Source: Tubiluchus corallicola (taxonomy: Eukaryota > Animalia > Priapulida). From it: a stretch of DNA of 64,000 nt. The notes under the pieces were generated by a model. The model did not search any database, was not told the DNA's origin, and was given only the letters and a program-made list of their open reading frames with translations. The stretch covers positions 418,534-482,533 of the forward strand of contig JAQGDQ010000061.1 of assembly GCA_030141605.1 (NCBI GenBank). Reading direction: 5' to 3'. Within the stretch, counting starts at the first letter, position 1. Every line of letters begins with the position of its first letter. The position numbers and the translations under genes were made by a program. Positions 1 to 13,043 of the stretch are shown one piece after another.

Positions 1-69
1 TTCAAATCGTAGCTAAATTCCAAAATTTAAAATATCACACGTTTTACCGGGCAGAGAACCAGTAAATTT

Positions 70-1347
70 AATTCAAGAATATGCAATTTGCACATTTTGT
101 GATTGTTGCATGCACTTGTTTGTACTTTAAATGCGCCATATCGTTGTTTCCTAATGCGACCAAATTTATACCAAAATTTGAAAGTAGGCAGGGTGCCATA
201 CTGTGCGCAATACAGCTACCGCACTGACAAAACGGGCAAAGCAAAACACACGTATTGAGGCTTAGAAAATCCTATAACAGTCAAATGACAGACATTGCCA
301 AACGTCTGGTGACGTTTTGGCAAACAAAGAAATTGTGATTTTTTTTTACTTTTCGTATTAACTTTTCTAACTTATAAAATAAAGAAAAACTGTTAATGAT
401 AATGGACAAATCTTGTTTTGTTAGCAAAGAGGTTTACTGACAATTCCTCGTAACAAAAGGTTTTTGAACGAACCACATGTAAGAATTGTTTTACAATTCC
501 GTGCTATGCACTGACTTGGCGTGAGTCGCACGACAACCGACTATTTCGTTCAAGACCAAATTTAGTGCATGTTTACGAGGTCTTTACGATGCCTTGTCAA
601 GAAGAGAGAATTTTAATGGTCTAAAGCGAGCAATTCTAGCGCTAATCGAGCTATTGTGCGAAAGCAATTAGCAATTAGCTATTAATTAGCTTCTACGCTG
701 AGGAGTTGCTAAGAAAAACCCAGCTGGGTTTGGCCTTCATGGACAAGAAATGTGTTAATCACAGAAAAATAATGTCCACGATTATGAAAATGACTAAAAG
801 TGCAAAAAAGTTTAGGTTTGCACTAGAGTGTTATCATAGCCACTTGGTTTTGACATAGTATTTAGTTTTTAATGAACAATCAAATGGTCTGACTGAACGA
901 GAATCTGACGTAGTGCTTGGTCGATCTACAACAAATCATAGAAAAATTACCTCTATACGAATGATCGTACATTATCCGATGGTAAGATGCCTATATTACT
1001 TATAAATAGGCCTACATGCGCATTTTCACAAATCGTGTGTTTAAGATTTACATTTTTTGTACATAAAATAGTTGTGTTAATTGTTTAATCATCGGGCTAC
1101 ACTTAACATGATAGGAAAGATCTCTCATTCGACTGTTGTTAGATTTTCTTGAGCCTCAGTGCGAGTTTTTCGCTTTGCCTGTGTTGTTAGTGACGCCGGC
1201 TAGTCTAGTGACATGCGCTGTATTGCGCACAATAGCCCAGCCTATTTTTCAAATTTTGGCGTCGATTTGACCCGATTACGAAAGGACGATATGGCGTTCT
1301 CTAAAATAAGATGAAATGCTACTACAAAATTCTGCATATTCTTGTAT
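70..1347. mobile_element. Decayed non-autonomous DNA transposon with diverged inverted arms (about 70-216 and 1217-1347)
   Basis: caagaatatgca...cgccatatcgt...ccaaaatttgaaa...tgtgcgcaatacagc at 74-216 recurs as a gapped reverse complement at 1217-1345. Confidence 0.6.
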
Positions 1348-1636
1348 TAGATTTTGTAGCACTTTTTATGCAGGACCAAGTTTCGCGACAGTGCTAAACT
1401 GTCTATAGAAAAATTTGTTAAAATTGTATCAGAGTAATCTCCATAGTCTCAGCTTTGATGATGATGATCCATAAAATTCTCAGCTTTAGAAAGATCCCTT
1501 AGCCACTGGGTCACATTCGGTTATCAATCTAAGAGCTAACCAAAGCTGGCAATACTTAAAATTATATGATATAAATGATTAAGTTATCCACCCCAAATTA
1601 GGATTTTTTATTTTTGAAAGCTATGTATTAACTGAC

Positions 1637-1968
1637 CTTGTGCAATGTACATGTGCATGGTATACTCACTAATATCGTCCAGGAGCAGCTCATCGAAAAA
1701 TAACCAACTGGGTAACCAGTTTGCCAAATGTAACCAAATGCATTTTCTTCAGTTTTGATCATTACTGGACTTTTGCATGTACCACCCAGAAATGGGCCGC
1801 TTGTTTCGTTAAGGGCTTCACAAATGTAACGAACTCTGACGAGCCCTGTTTCGCTTCCGCTGCTACTTCCGCTGCACAAGTTGGCAAACTGCTCTACGTC
1901 GACTAAACAGGATGTTTTGGTGAAGCATGCAGCTGATATCTGAGTAGTGATGTCTTCATCGCATTTAA
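1637..1968 (-). CDS. SUEL-lectin/CUB-domain secreted protein, coding exon 4 (C-half of SUEL domain + start of CUB domain); gene continues beyond the window start
   Basis: Acceptor cttttgcag| at 1969. Reads VKCDEDITTQISAACFTKTSCLVDVEQFANLCSG...LVRVRYIC (SUEL C-half), then TCKSP...GYIWQTGYPVGYFSMSCSWTILV (CUB-like G-x-I-x-x-x-x-YP-x-x-Y...C-x-W-x-I). The donor is either AAG|GTCAGT (1637) or TTA|GTGAGT (1670), both phase 0. Confidence 0.78.
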
Positions 1969-2447
1969 CTGCAAAAGAAGTAGTTTACCAGATAAAATAA
2001 ACCTAAATTCAAATTCAAATTCAATTCAAACCATGATAACCGCATTCTGAACATTATTCAGATGGGCTAATTATAAATTATTGCACATTAAAGTATATAT
2101 TCTCAGCGGTAAAGATGTAAATGCAAAAATTCATGTATTTTACAATGAATGCGGGATTGCAGTGAACAAATCAGAAAAGTTTATGACCATAATGTCTGCA
2201 AGTTCTGATCTTTCACCATCTTAGCGCTTTTGGCATTTTGAATTTCTACATTTTTATTTAATTTTGTTTACACAATTAGCTGAAATCTAGCAGCCGGGCC
2301 TTCTCACTGTAGGTATTTGTGGCGAGACCAAAATCTAACTGATTATCATAATTTAAATTTCTCAGATGAGCTACTGAACTGATAGGCACATCCTCCCTCC
2401 ACGAGGTAAGCAGACAGAATCAGCATGGCGAAAGAAAGAGCGAAAAT

Positions 2448-2760
2448 GTGCAAAGGTATTTCACTAGAAGATTGTATGCTAGATGTGAATTTACTGCTAT
2501 GCTTTACCCTAAAAGATTTTTAGGTGTGAATGTGTTGTTATTAGAAGACAGAAGAATTCATTATGATCTAAGAATGTGCTACAATATTATCCATAGGGAA
2601 AATGACTTAGATAGAAATGAATTTTTTATCCATGCTGCTAGAATTTCTAGGGGTCATTGACACAAACTTTACATAAATCGATCTGTATCGTCAGTAGCTC
2701 AACATTCGTTTGCCAATATAGTTGTCAAATGCTGACATTCTCTTCCTGAACATGTTAATG
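2448..2760 (+). mobile_element. Non-LTR retrotransposon (CR1/L2-group LINE) ORF2 3' remnant, intronic
   Basis: VQRYFTRRL...LEDRR...DL...YNII...FF...SRGH*HKL...HSFANIVVKC*HSLP is the typical C-terminal tail of CR1/L2-like ORF2, here with in-frame stops. Confidence 0.8.
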
Positions 2761-3046
2761 GATTTCCACTGGTAAATGCCCACTCCAGTAAATTATTTGG
2801 TCAAAGATTTATGGAAATTTGTATTTTTGCAGACACATATAGGTAGCGATTTTACTTTTTATGTCCCTCTCGTATCAATTTTGACCTGTCTCGTTTATTA
2901 TTTTACATATTTCATTGTTTTATGCATTTAATTATTGTAAGCATGGATACCTTAATAAACAAAAAATGATAAAAGCAAGTATTGAACCCAGGTTGTTGCT
3001 AACCGTAGCGAGTACTGAACTCGGACGCAGAACCTGCATAACCTAC

Positions 3047-3175
3047 CTGTTTCTCCGCAATCAGGCATTATAGGCGGCAAGGAAGACGGTCCGTAAGTTG
3101 CATCGAGGATTACAACCCACTCTCTTTCTTTACAAGATAAAGCTTTTTCCGTACAAGTGTGAACTATGCTATACC
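3047..3175 (-). CDS. SUEL-lectin/CUB-domain secreted protein, coding exon 3 (N-half of SUEL/Gal_Lectin domain)
   Basis: Acceptor cttgcacag| and donor G|GTAGGT; 129 nt, phase 1-1. Reads GYSIVHTCTEKALSCKEREWVVILDATYGPSSLPPIMPDCGET, matching the SUEL pattern C-x-L-x-C...(V/I)-x-I-x-x-A-x-YG...C. Confidence 0.8.
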
Positions 3176-3871
3176 CTGTGCAAGAGACATACATTTATCA
3201 TATAATATATTAGGACATATAATCTCCTAATATATGTAATTTTTTTGTCTTTGAAGATGTATAAATATATTATAGAGGCATAATGTGAAACAACTGAAAT
3301 ACTGCCGGCCTTGTTTCATTTAAATGAAACAGTGTTGTACATACATGAACCAAAATGTAACTTATGTATCGTGGGTCTAAATGTTTTGCATAAATTATCT
3401 TTGGAATCCGCCAGTGCAAAATGAAATTTGTTACTATTATCGATTGATTGATTAATTGATCAGCTTATTTCAGCTAAAAGCCATATACAAACATATACAC
3501 AGATACAATAAAATTTAAAATATAGCACACAATGTTAAAAATCTATATCTATGAAATTAGATATTAGGGTAAAAAATTAGATACGAAGTAAAAGGTATCC
3601 TGTACGCAGAAGTTATATAATTGAATCTCATAAAAGTACCTGAGATCATGTAACACGAAGCTTGACTTATACCGTACGTATAAATAAAACCACTAATAAT
3701 GAAATTATCACTTCACATTGTACTTCTAGTCTTAATTTTCTGTTGCTATTGCCGCCACCGCAACGCCTGTTGCGCAACGTTTGTTGATGCTGCTACTAAT
3801 TATTTCAATTTGAATGAACAAGAATGGTTTACACAGAGTCTCATACACTAACATCTGAAGACTTTGCTTAC

Positions 3872-4159
3872 CTTCTGGTGTTATAATTGTGAAATGATCT
3901 TGTCCTATTTCGCCTAATTTATTCTCATTGTTAGTGATGTTGGTGCCATGAATATCTTCATAGGATGCCGTCGATGGTTCATCGAAATCTTCTATTGAAT
4001 CGGCTGTTGTTATAAGATCTGTTTTTACATTCTTAGACGTAGAAGCTTGGCCGACGATAGTTTCATGATCGTATACGGCTAGGTGGCTGTCAGGGATTGT
4101 TTGGTAGTCAATTGTCTGATTGCCGTCAGCCATTTTTCTAGTGGGCAGCACCGTAGACT
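3872..4159 (-). CDS. SUEL-lectin/CUB-domain secreted protein, coding exon 2 (acidic Thr/Ser/Asp-rich linker)
   Basis: Acceptor tgtttcag| at 4160. Phase-1 join gives E-S-T-V-L-P-T-R-K-M-A-D..., in frame with ORF 3732..4151. Ends ...TIITPE G|GTAAG at 3872; 288 nt, phase 1-1. Confidence 0.8.
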
Positions 4160-6091
4160 CTGAAACACATTAGTATTTTTAGTGCAAATCTTTAAAAACT
4201 ATTTTGAATACACTACTTAATCGGTTGATTATTTTATAACTTTTATGACGATTAAATACTTTATAGTTTGTTTTTCTTTACATAAAATAATCACTTAAGT
4301 CCCCAGGATTGGCTTATTAATAAAAGATCCCACAATAAGGAAAAGGAAAGACGTTTTAATCTACGCCTATGGACTGCTTTCAAAAGAAAAAGAAAACAAA
4401 ATACAATATTGTATAGTTTCTGTAATGTTCACCACAGCAAATATTAGAACCACAGAGTGACATTACAAAATCTAAAATATAAACTAGTAATCGTTGTGCT
4501 TTTCCTTATTTTTCATCAGAAGTCAGTCCATGGTGACGTAATTTCTTTTTTCTTTATTTTGTGATTTTTTTACTGCAAAATAATTAGGAATTATCTGCGT
4601 GAATGGCTTATGTGCTGGTCCATTCTGTTTTACACACAATAAGCTGACAGGAGGATTAAATCTGTAAGGAAGATCACTATGAAAGCAGCTTCTTAGCCAG
4701 CAATCAGAAAACAATCAAATCTAACAAAAAAAAAACGCAAAAGTTGTGTAATATGTTGGCAAGCAAAATCTTCAGTGAAATCAACAGGTATGCTAGCAAT
4801 TGGCCGCGTCGTCTCTATAGCCTTAGCTTTGGCGCAAGTGTATTTTAATCTCAAATGAAAAATGCAAACCTAAACCGACTGAGGATATAGAAACATTGTG
4901 AGGAGGATCAATCGAGTCCAAAATATAAAAACAACGTAAGTCCCAAATTAGATGTGTAGGCAAACAGAAACCAGTGACATATGTAGTGATATAACCAAAA
5001 CAAAACCGGCAACATGATCCAGAGAAGACTGTCTTAATCGAGAATGTCAAATACTGTCAATTTATCAACAAAATTGTTTAACAAATTTAGTCCAACGACT
5101 AGATTGGACATATCTCAAGACACAACGGATAAGTTTATTGAAAATTGGCGTCCGTCACACGTGGGAAAAGCACAAAAGTTAGCAAGCCATGAATACCATG
5201 AGAGTTAGGATTCTTTTGTTTTTAAATACTGTGACACCAGTATAACAGATGAAGAAATAGAAACGTAAAAACAACTTGCATATTCTTTACACATTTTATA
5301 TACATGTATTTGTTTGTACATATTTATACAAATGTTTTTATTTTTGTGTAGCTGCGTAAGCCTAAAGTATGTATTTTCATTTGTTAAGAGTTTGTTACAG
5401 TTGAGCCAGTTTATATGAGCCAGAAATATACTTGATAGCAAGCCTGTTTTTAAGGGATAGCAAAATTAATTAGATTTAATTTATTAGATCGTAATTCATC
5501 GCGCACTTTACGACTCACTAGCTAATTCATATTGACTTGCTGATTCACTCAAGTGATAAAATGATGTTGACTTTTTGATTAAGGACCCGGCTTAATTTGA
5601 GTATAGTTTAATCGATCATTGGTTGATGTATTTGGAACAAAACGTTTATAGAAATTATTACAATAGTCCTGTCTTGTGCTGTGCTGGCAATAAAGAATGG
5701 GTAAATTTTGGACAAAAAGCTTCAGGTTTTACTAAAACGAAAAAGTAGTGTAGACGTTCTTTGTTCCTGTCTTTATTAAACAACGAGGAAAAACAGCGTC
5801 TATACTACATTTTGTAAATTATATCTTTTTTATTTTTATTCCCTTATTTTTATTTTTAGTAAATTTTGAAGCCTTGAAAGAGATCAGAGATTGCAAGCAC
5901 TAAATCCCGTTTACGTAAAATATCGTGACTTTTAATTGTTTCTCTTGTTGATGTTTTGATTAAAAACGCACCTTTTCAATCCTATGGAAGTAAATTTGTA
6001 TCTGTTTGTAGACAGCAATAATTTGTTAAATATAAAATCGTCAGTCACACATTTAGTTAAATGAAATTAGTTATTACAGATAAATTCTTAC

Positions 6092-6182
6092 CGCTTGCAT
6101 CTTCAGTTTGTCCTGTTGTTGGCGTACAGTATGACGTCATCACAACCAATAATGTCAGCATAAAATTTCTAAGAACTTTCAT
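6092..6182 (-). CDS. SUEL-lectin/CUB-domain secreted protein, coding exon 1 (signal peptide)
   Basis: ATG at 6182-6180 reads MKVLRNFMLTLLVVMTSYCTPTTGQTEDAS, a basic N-terminus plus hydrophobic core. It ends in a G|GTAAG donor (phase 1). A candidate acceptor (ctcag) lies 16 nt upstream of the ATG. Too short for the ORF track. Confidence 0.8.
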
Positions 6183-7659
6183 TTTCTTAACTAATTAACT
6201 GAGGTCAACAGATCACTTTAATACATTTGTATCAACTTTCAGGATTTTTTGGCATTGTTCGTTACACGTATAAGCTCGACACACTAAAGTAATAAAATAA
6301 TTCCCCAACCACAACAAGTAGTTTTTCAAAGACGTGATCGAGAAAAGTTGCAACTGCTTCACATCAAAATGATGGATAAGGATGTGTATGATATTGGAAA
6401 GCATTTTGACGGTGACATCCTGTCAGGGGCTCTGTGATATTACGTTCAATCGGAAATCAGTACATTTATGTACAAAATACATGCCTCTATTAACGTAGCT
6501 AGCGTCTTCTAGTCTTGTATGGACGTGTTTTCATCGTACTAACTAACATTGTGATACTAACAATACAGTTTACTTTCATTGATTATGTTATAACTCTAAT
6601 TATGTATAATAATTGCCACAGTTCTATAATCTTTCTTCAGTTTTTTATTTTACAATACAACCCGACAGTTTTTGTGACATGCGCGACATCATACACATTA
6701 ATTTACACGCAGCTTTAGGTCCCTCGCAATTGACAATCAGGAATTACGTTTATATTGATAAAAATATTCAATGTAATCACGAATTGAAATCTTGTTTACA
6801 TCAGGGATAAATTCATTGCGCAAGAGGTTCCGACACGTTCTATTTTGACTTCAATAAGCAAAATTTGAAAAGTGAGGCACGTATTTTACAAGGATAAGAC
6901 GCATCTGATCGTGAATCTTATCAGCTCTCGCTGACTGCTGTGACTGCTGTGTTGTATACGCTATTTAAGTAAACAGCAGTAAGATCAATTAATAATAACT
7001 CTGATTTTTATAATTGAGGCAGATCTCGGTTGACATTTCGTTGCTATCTTGTTTATCTCCTAATGAGTTTTCTTTAGTTTCGAAACCAGGAATTAGTCAC
7101 GACAAACGCTTTACAACCGAAAATAGGCAACGCTGAAACTTTTCAGCAAATGGGTAGGTAATTGCTGGCTTCCTTACTCGCTCGGGACCGTTTCAGTCAG
7201 AAACTTTGCTTCTTTGAGGGAGGATGTATGCCATCCAAACGTGGCTAAGATACCTGTTGGTTCAGTGACTCATCATACAGGTTTCTCCTTAATAACTAGC
7301 AATGCCACAAACATCAAAATGAAGTAGCGCCTTTCGTTGAATCATAGATTCCGGATTACAGTGTGCCAAAGTAATTACATTTGAGATAATTCTCTGATCT
7401 GATAAAGATCCAACTAACTAAATGTTGCTCAGAACAATATGCAACAAATCAATTGTAGGCAATCGCGTTAAATCTTTATATATATTTACAATAATTCAAC
7501 ACGATACAATAAAAATAAAAATATCATCACTTACAGTGTATATAACTACTTCAAGTGTTTCATTCATGTCAAAATTCAAAAAAAAAGAAAAATGGTTCGC
7601 TGAATTCTAATTAAATAAGTTTTAGTATAGTCATTTTAAATTCTGCATTGCACCAAGTA

Positions 7660-7930
7660 CTGGTGCAGCTCAATGTTAGCGTGCTCGCTTACCACCCGGG
7701 AGGTCGTTGGTTCAACTCTCGGCCGAGTCATACCAAAGACTTGAAAAGTGGTACCGCTGGTTTTCCGACCAAGCACGCGGGTTTATCGAAGTAACGTGCG
7801 GGAAATTATAATCGGGACCTCCTTGGAAATAAGTATTGAGTTACCTAAGATGTTAACCTTGGGCGATGTCCTGAACGAAATTACTATTATAAGTACAATC
7901 AATGCTGAACAGCAGTCAATAAATAAATAA
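7660..7930 (+). mobile_element. tRNA-derived SINE with conserved central core (MetaSINE-like)
   Basis: A-box-like gcagctcaatgttag and B-box ggttcaactc (7709-7718), followed by the core gagtcataccaaagacttgaaaagtggtacc and an A-rich end. The core is shared with the copy at about 39970-39995. Confidence 0.7.
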
Positions 7931-10900
7931 CTTATTTCATTTACCTTTTAACGGCATCATTTTCGTTTTATTTGATCAAAATTTGTCTTGATACCTTAGG
8001 AAAATTTGCAGCATGACTTATATAACGTCTGTGACATCGCAAAAGAGGTTTAACCGATACACGAAAAATACTATTGTGAAAACGCACGAAGGCTGGCAGT
8101 CGACTTATTTTAACTCATAAGGTATACTGGACTCTAACTCTGCGTTAAGTAACAGTGTTCCATGTATAAAATATAAAACAATTTATGCATGTCGTTCATG
8201 AATGATTTTCAATTTGAATTGTGCCAACAGCTACAGCCACCAGGCGAGAGACGCAAAAATGTTAATAAAAGCGAATTCTAAGAAGCTGTGAAAATTCTAA
8301 TGCAATAGTGACATGCATTAGCTGATTTAGCTAGCAAAGGAGCAGCCAATGTAATTTCGTAAAATCTGCAAAAGTGTAAAAGTTGACTACGTGCTAGCAT
8401 TTTCTAATTTGCTATAAATGTTTTATAGTGCTCAAATTTCTTGCTTTAGTGGCTTCTCTGGGGTTTCTCAGGCAAACCCGTCAAGCAATAGCTGACTCTT
8501 AATGACTTTCTCTCTTTCGCCATATTTCTTATGTTCTTTGTTTCGTTTCTTATTTCATATGTATTATGCAAAATGGAGTGCATTATTAATAGTATAGCAT
8601 TTTTGTAGGGGTAGGCCACACCCCAATATCTATAAGTGAGGCTGTATATTAGCCTTCAAGGGTTTTGAAAAAATAAAAGCTAGCCAATTGGATGCAGTGC
8701 TCAAAGATCGGCGATGCTAGACGGTCGCTACGGGCCAAGTGCATCAAACAAATCCACATCAAAACCAGGACTATTTGGTCTTGAATCGAAATCTTTAAAT
8801 GATACGCATTCCTTAACGACACTTTTCGATGAAATTCACCCAATCACAGGCCCCAATTGTCTTGCACGCGTTACAGAGCTTTGCGTTCTTTTCCATTACA
8901 AACTTGATATTTTAGACACAATACATGTATGGGCTTGCGGAACAAATGTGTGCTATTCACTCGTGACGGTAAAGCACGATAGTCTAATCGGGGCTTGAGT
9001 TCGTTAAAATGCGATTTCGGAGGCAATCAAGAGCCCCAAACGGAAATTAGTCATTTTCAAACATATAGAGGTGTACTCCTCTAGCTTATAGTTCTTGGGC
9101 GCTAACTTCCTTTCTGCATAGTCACATCCCATAGTGGTTATGTTGATAAAACTGCTGGTAACTTTAAGCTATACTGACAAAACTGCTTTCTAAAAAGTGG
9201 CGGCGCTATACATCCAACGTCGCTGTTAACAATAAAATATGATAGAAAAATTGATGAAAAACATTTTTAATTGAATGTAAAAAAATGCCATGACGTAAGA
9301 ATAAAATATTTGCTGCCATTACAGAAATTTCCTCAGCCTCTCTGCAGACAATTTATCTATAAATTATAAATTTATTGTTTGTTTTGCTATAAAGAACTGA
9401 CCACCTAACAACGAAATTAGTCTCAAAGTGGTAATTGTAAATTTTTAAGCACATATATTAAATTATTTCGTTTAATTACTTGATTTGTACTATTTGTAAA
9501 GTCAACAATTTCACAGATATATTTTTCTAATTATGTTTTGTTGTTCAGTGTGCCTTGGGCCTTGGGTATATTACTATGACGAAATTGTGTTGTTTGCAAA
9601 TCTGTTTTGTTGTACATTCGTAAATAGCACTAATAAACTTGTCGTTGGTTCAATTACGCCAGTGTTAATGTCAAAGCGATTCTGGGCCAAATTTAATTTA
9701 AACATTAAACATCAAGACACACAGTAGTCATAAATAAGGTCAGGAGCACATCGTAAATTAATAAATTAATAATTCACTGGGTTAAACAAAAAGTCATAAA
9801 CAAATGTGGTGAAATGCAAACCCTTTCAAAGACAATGTAGCATTGCACCAATGCTAAAGAAACTGACTGAAAGATTCGAAGTGTGTAGCAACGAGTATTC
9901 AATATTTAAGCTTACTGTCTTTCACTGAACACATCTTTGTTAAAATAAGGCGTTTTAAAATTTATAGACTCTCTTTATGCGTCGTTTTTCTGCCACAAAA
10001 CGCTGTAGAACCTGCGCTGTATTATTAACATCAACTTTCACGGTGAAATGCCAAATATTTTACCAATCATTGTAAATGCTGCCCTGACGAGAGCATATTT
10101 CTCATTCTTTGCTTGTTTGTGGCGTTATTACACAGGCCGTATGCAAACTACTGCTGTCACCTAATTACAGCTAAAATAAGGTTTGCTCGTTTACTTCAAC
10201 GTTCACTACAAAAGAGTAATAGCGCTACTTAAAGTAAGTGAAACATAAAGCAATTTTTATTGCAAATTATTATCAGATTATCAGAAACATGCTAAATTGT
10301 GCAAAACTGCTATTATATAGTATTTACCTGAATGACTTTGGCTTTATTCTCCCTCACGTCGCATGTTTTTTACTAAGTTTTAAAGGTTGACGTATAAACT
10401 TGTTAGCGAGATTTAGTACCGGAGCCAAGGTTTTCTTTTTCATCTAAAGAAAAGTCATTATTGTGAGCTTATTTTATTCTTTATTATCGGAGGTGTGTTG
10501 TATCCTAAAGCCAATTGAGTACACAAATAATTGTGTGCTATTTGAGGATTAACGATAGTTTGTGTGGGTATTGCTTATAGCGACGATTTACTGGTATATG
10601 CAAATTACTATTATTCACTTGCAACAGCGATTTTAATCTAATTATTGCTTTTTTACTCATGTATAGTATTCTTCGTATTTGTATTGTCAAGGAAGTTAGG
10701 TACAGTGGCCTTGGTTTTGACTTAATCTGGTGCCGCAATATTCAAGTTCCTAATCTTGAGCAGTAACTCCACCTTACCTCATAGTTTTAACAAAAATTTA
10801 TAATTGCTTTATCGATTTTAATTGCACTGATTATGGTGATTTACAGCACTTACTGTGTAGACGCCTGCGTGTCTACTGTTTTATGAAGTTTCGAAAGTCA

Positions 10901-12137
10901 TGACATTGATAATTTTTGAATTAGAGATTCAGTTTAGCGTTTCGTTTTCACACTACTCATATTATCTGTGTAAACTTGTCAGACAGGAACATCAAGTTCA
11001 AATTTTTAATTTTTAAACTAAAAGTGTTCTGGTACGTGTAAGCGTAAGCGCGAAAATGGCGGATCTAGTATAAGGCCCAGTTTGCAACACAATATTTCTT
11101 ACTGCACATAGTTTAGAAGGGTTAGCGTTTTAACCTCATGGCCGCGCTTCGTTGAATTACTTGCTCTTTACATGTTATAATTCGGCGATTGAAAACCAGC
11201 TAATTTAACACGGATTTATAATTACCGCTGTTTAAATAAATTCGTGCCAGAGTGAATACCTTTTAATTTTATTGAGGCTGTGCAGAAAGCTTATTACAAT
11301 TATAAAATGTAATAACGTGACCGGTGAAAAGCAATATGGGTTTGAAGTTTACAAGCCGGGAAAATTAATCCCTCAAATAAGTTCTAAGTCGTGTTAGAAT
11401 GCTTTGCAGTTTGCAAAATTCCAAACTTTGATACGTCAACTGTACCCGATAATTAGATCTCTAAGGGCCAAGCTGTGACCTCTGCAGTTTATCCACAGCA
11501 ATATTAAATGAATATAATATAATATAGCAATATTATAATGAATGTGACCAATTAATTTAAATTTGAAAAAAGGAAAAACGAAGAACATTTAAATGAGATA
11601 ATTTATGTTTTAAATTACGAAGTTTTCTGCAACAAGCATCCAGTAAAATTAAGTTTCTACAAATAGCCACCACTATGCGTTCTTCCCAGGAAAGTAGTGC
11701 CTGATTTGACTAGTAAATTTCTATAATCAGCTTGCAAAAAGCTATTTCAAGTTTACTAAAGTGTGACTGTGAGGCGTAGCATACTCTCCTAAGTATCTCC
11801 AAATACTCTTATGGTTTCTCTGACCCGAAAATAAAACAATTCGAAGGAAATCCTCATATAAAAACTATTCATATCAGCAGCATGGTACAATTAGGCTGTT
11901 ATGCCCGAAGTAATAAGTTTAAACAAGAATCTAATTAGAGCTCGGCGCCGCTTTTTCTCCACAGGGTTTTCTCTGTTTTCCGTTTTATGAAATTCGACAA
12001 GCGATGTAAGGCGGATTAAGCTTGGTACAATCAAGAAATTGAAACTGAGAAACAAAATCTAAAGACGATAAAATAGCAGAAATCTTGCCTTGCGTATGGC
12101 TTATGGTCTTTAGCATTAAAATTTGCTCTCATTGTCG

Positions 12138-12138
<1 letters not shown>

Positions 12139-12223
<85 letters not shown>

Positions 12224-12232
12224 AAAGAAAGA

Positions 12233-12318
<86 letters not shown>

Positions 12319-12473
12319 GTGAGTGAGTGAGTGAGTGAGTGAGTGAGTGAGTGAGTGAGTGAGTGAGTGAGTGAGTGAGTGAGTGAGTGAGTGAGTGAGT
12401 GAGTGAGTGAGTGAGTGAGTGAGTGAGTGAGTGAGTGAGTGAGTGAGTGAGTGAGTGAGTGAGTGAGTGAGTG

Positions 12474-12554
<81 letters not shown>

Positions 12555-12703
12555 AAGTAAGCAAGTAAGCAAGTAAGTAAGCAAACAAGCAAGCAAGTAA
12601 GTAAGTAAGTAAGTAAGTAAGTCAGTCAGCCAGTCAGTCAGTCAGTTAGTCAGTCAGTCAGTCAGTCAGTCAGTCAGTCAGTCAGTCAGTCAGTCAGTCA
12701 GTC

Positions 12704-12736
<33 letters not shown>

Positions 12737-12768
12737 AAGTAAGCAAGTAAGCAAGCAAGCAAGTAAGC

Positions 12769-12815
<47 letters not shown>

Positions 12816-12860
12816 CAAGCAAGCAAGCAAGTAAGTAAGTAAGTAAGTAAGTAAGTAACT
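12139..12860. repeat. Compound microsatellite (GTAA)n(GCAA)n(GAAA)n(GA)n(GAGT)n(GTAA)n(GTCA)n
   Basis: Directly visible; it produces the spurious LLTY/SLTH ORFs. Confidence 0.98.
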
Positions 12861-12989
12861 AACTCAAGTAAATAAATACGTAAATAGGCAAGAGAGTAAG
12901 TGGAGAGGAAGTCAGTAAGTATCGAGTAAACAAGCAAGTCACAAAGTCACTAAGTCAATTTCGTCATAATAAAATCATATATAAATTAT

Positions 12990-13043
12990 GAGGAAGAAGG
13001 AGAAGAAGAAGAAGAAGAAGAAGAAGAAGAAGAAGAAGAAGAA
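12990..13043. repeat. (GAA)n microsatellite
   Basis: Directly visible. Confidence 0.95.

Noticed and set aside
7660-7730. Functional tRNA gene
   Set aside because: No clean acceptor stem or terminator, and it continues into a SINE core.
12031-12937. ORFs with LLTY/SLTH/LACL repeats
   Set aside because: Translations of tetranucleotide microsatellites, open in several frames.
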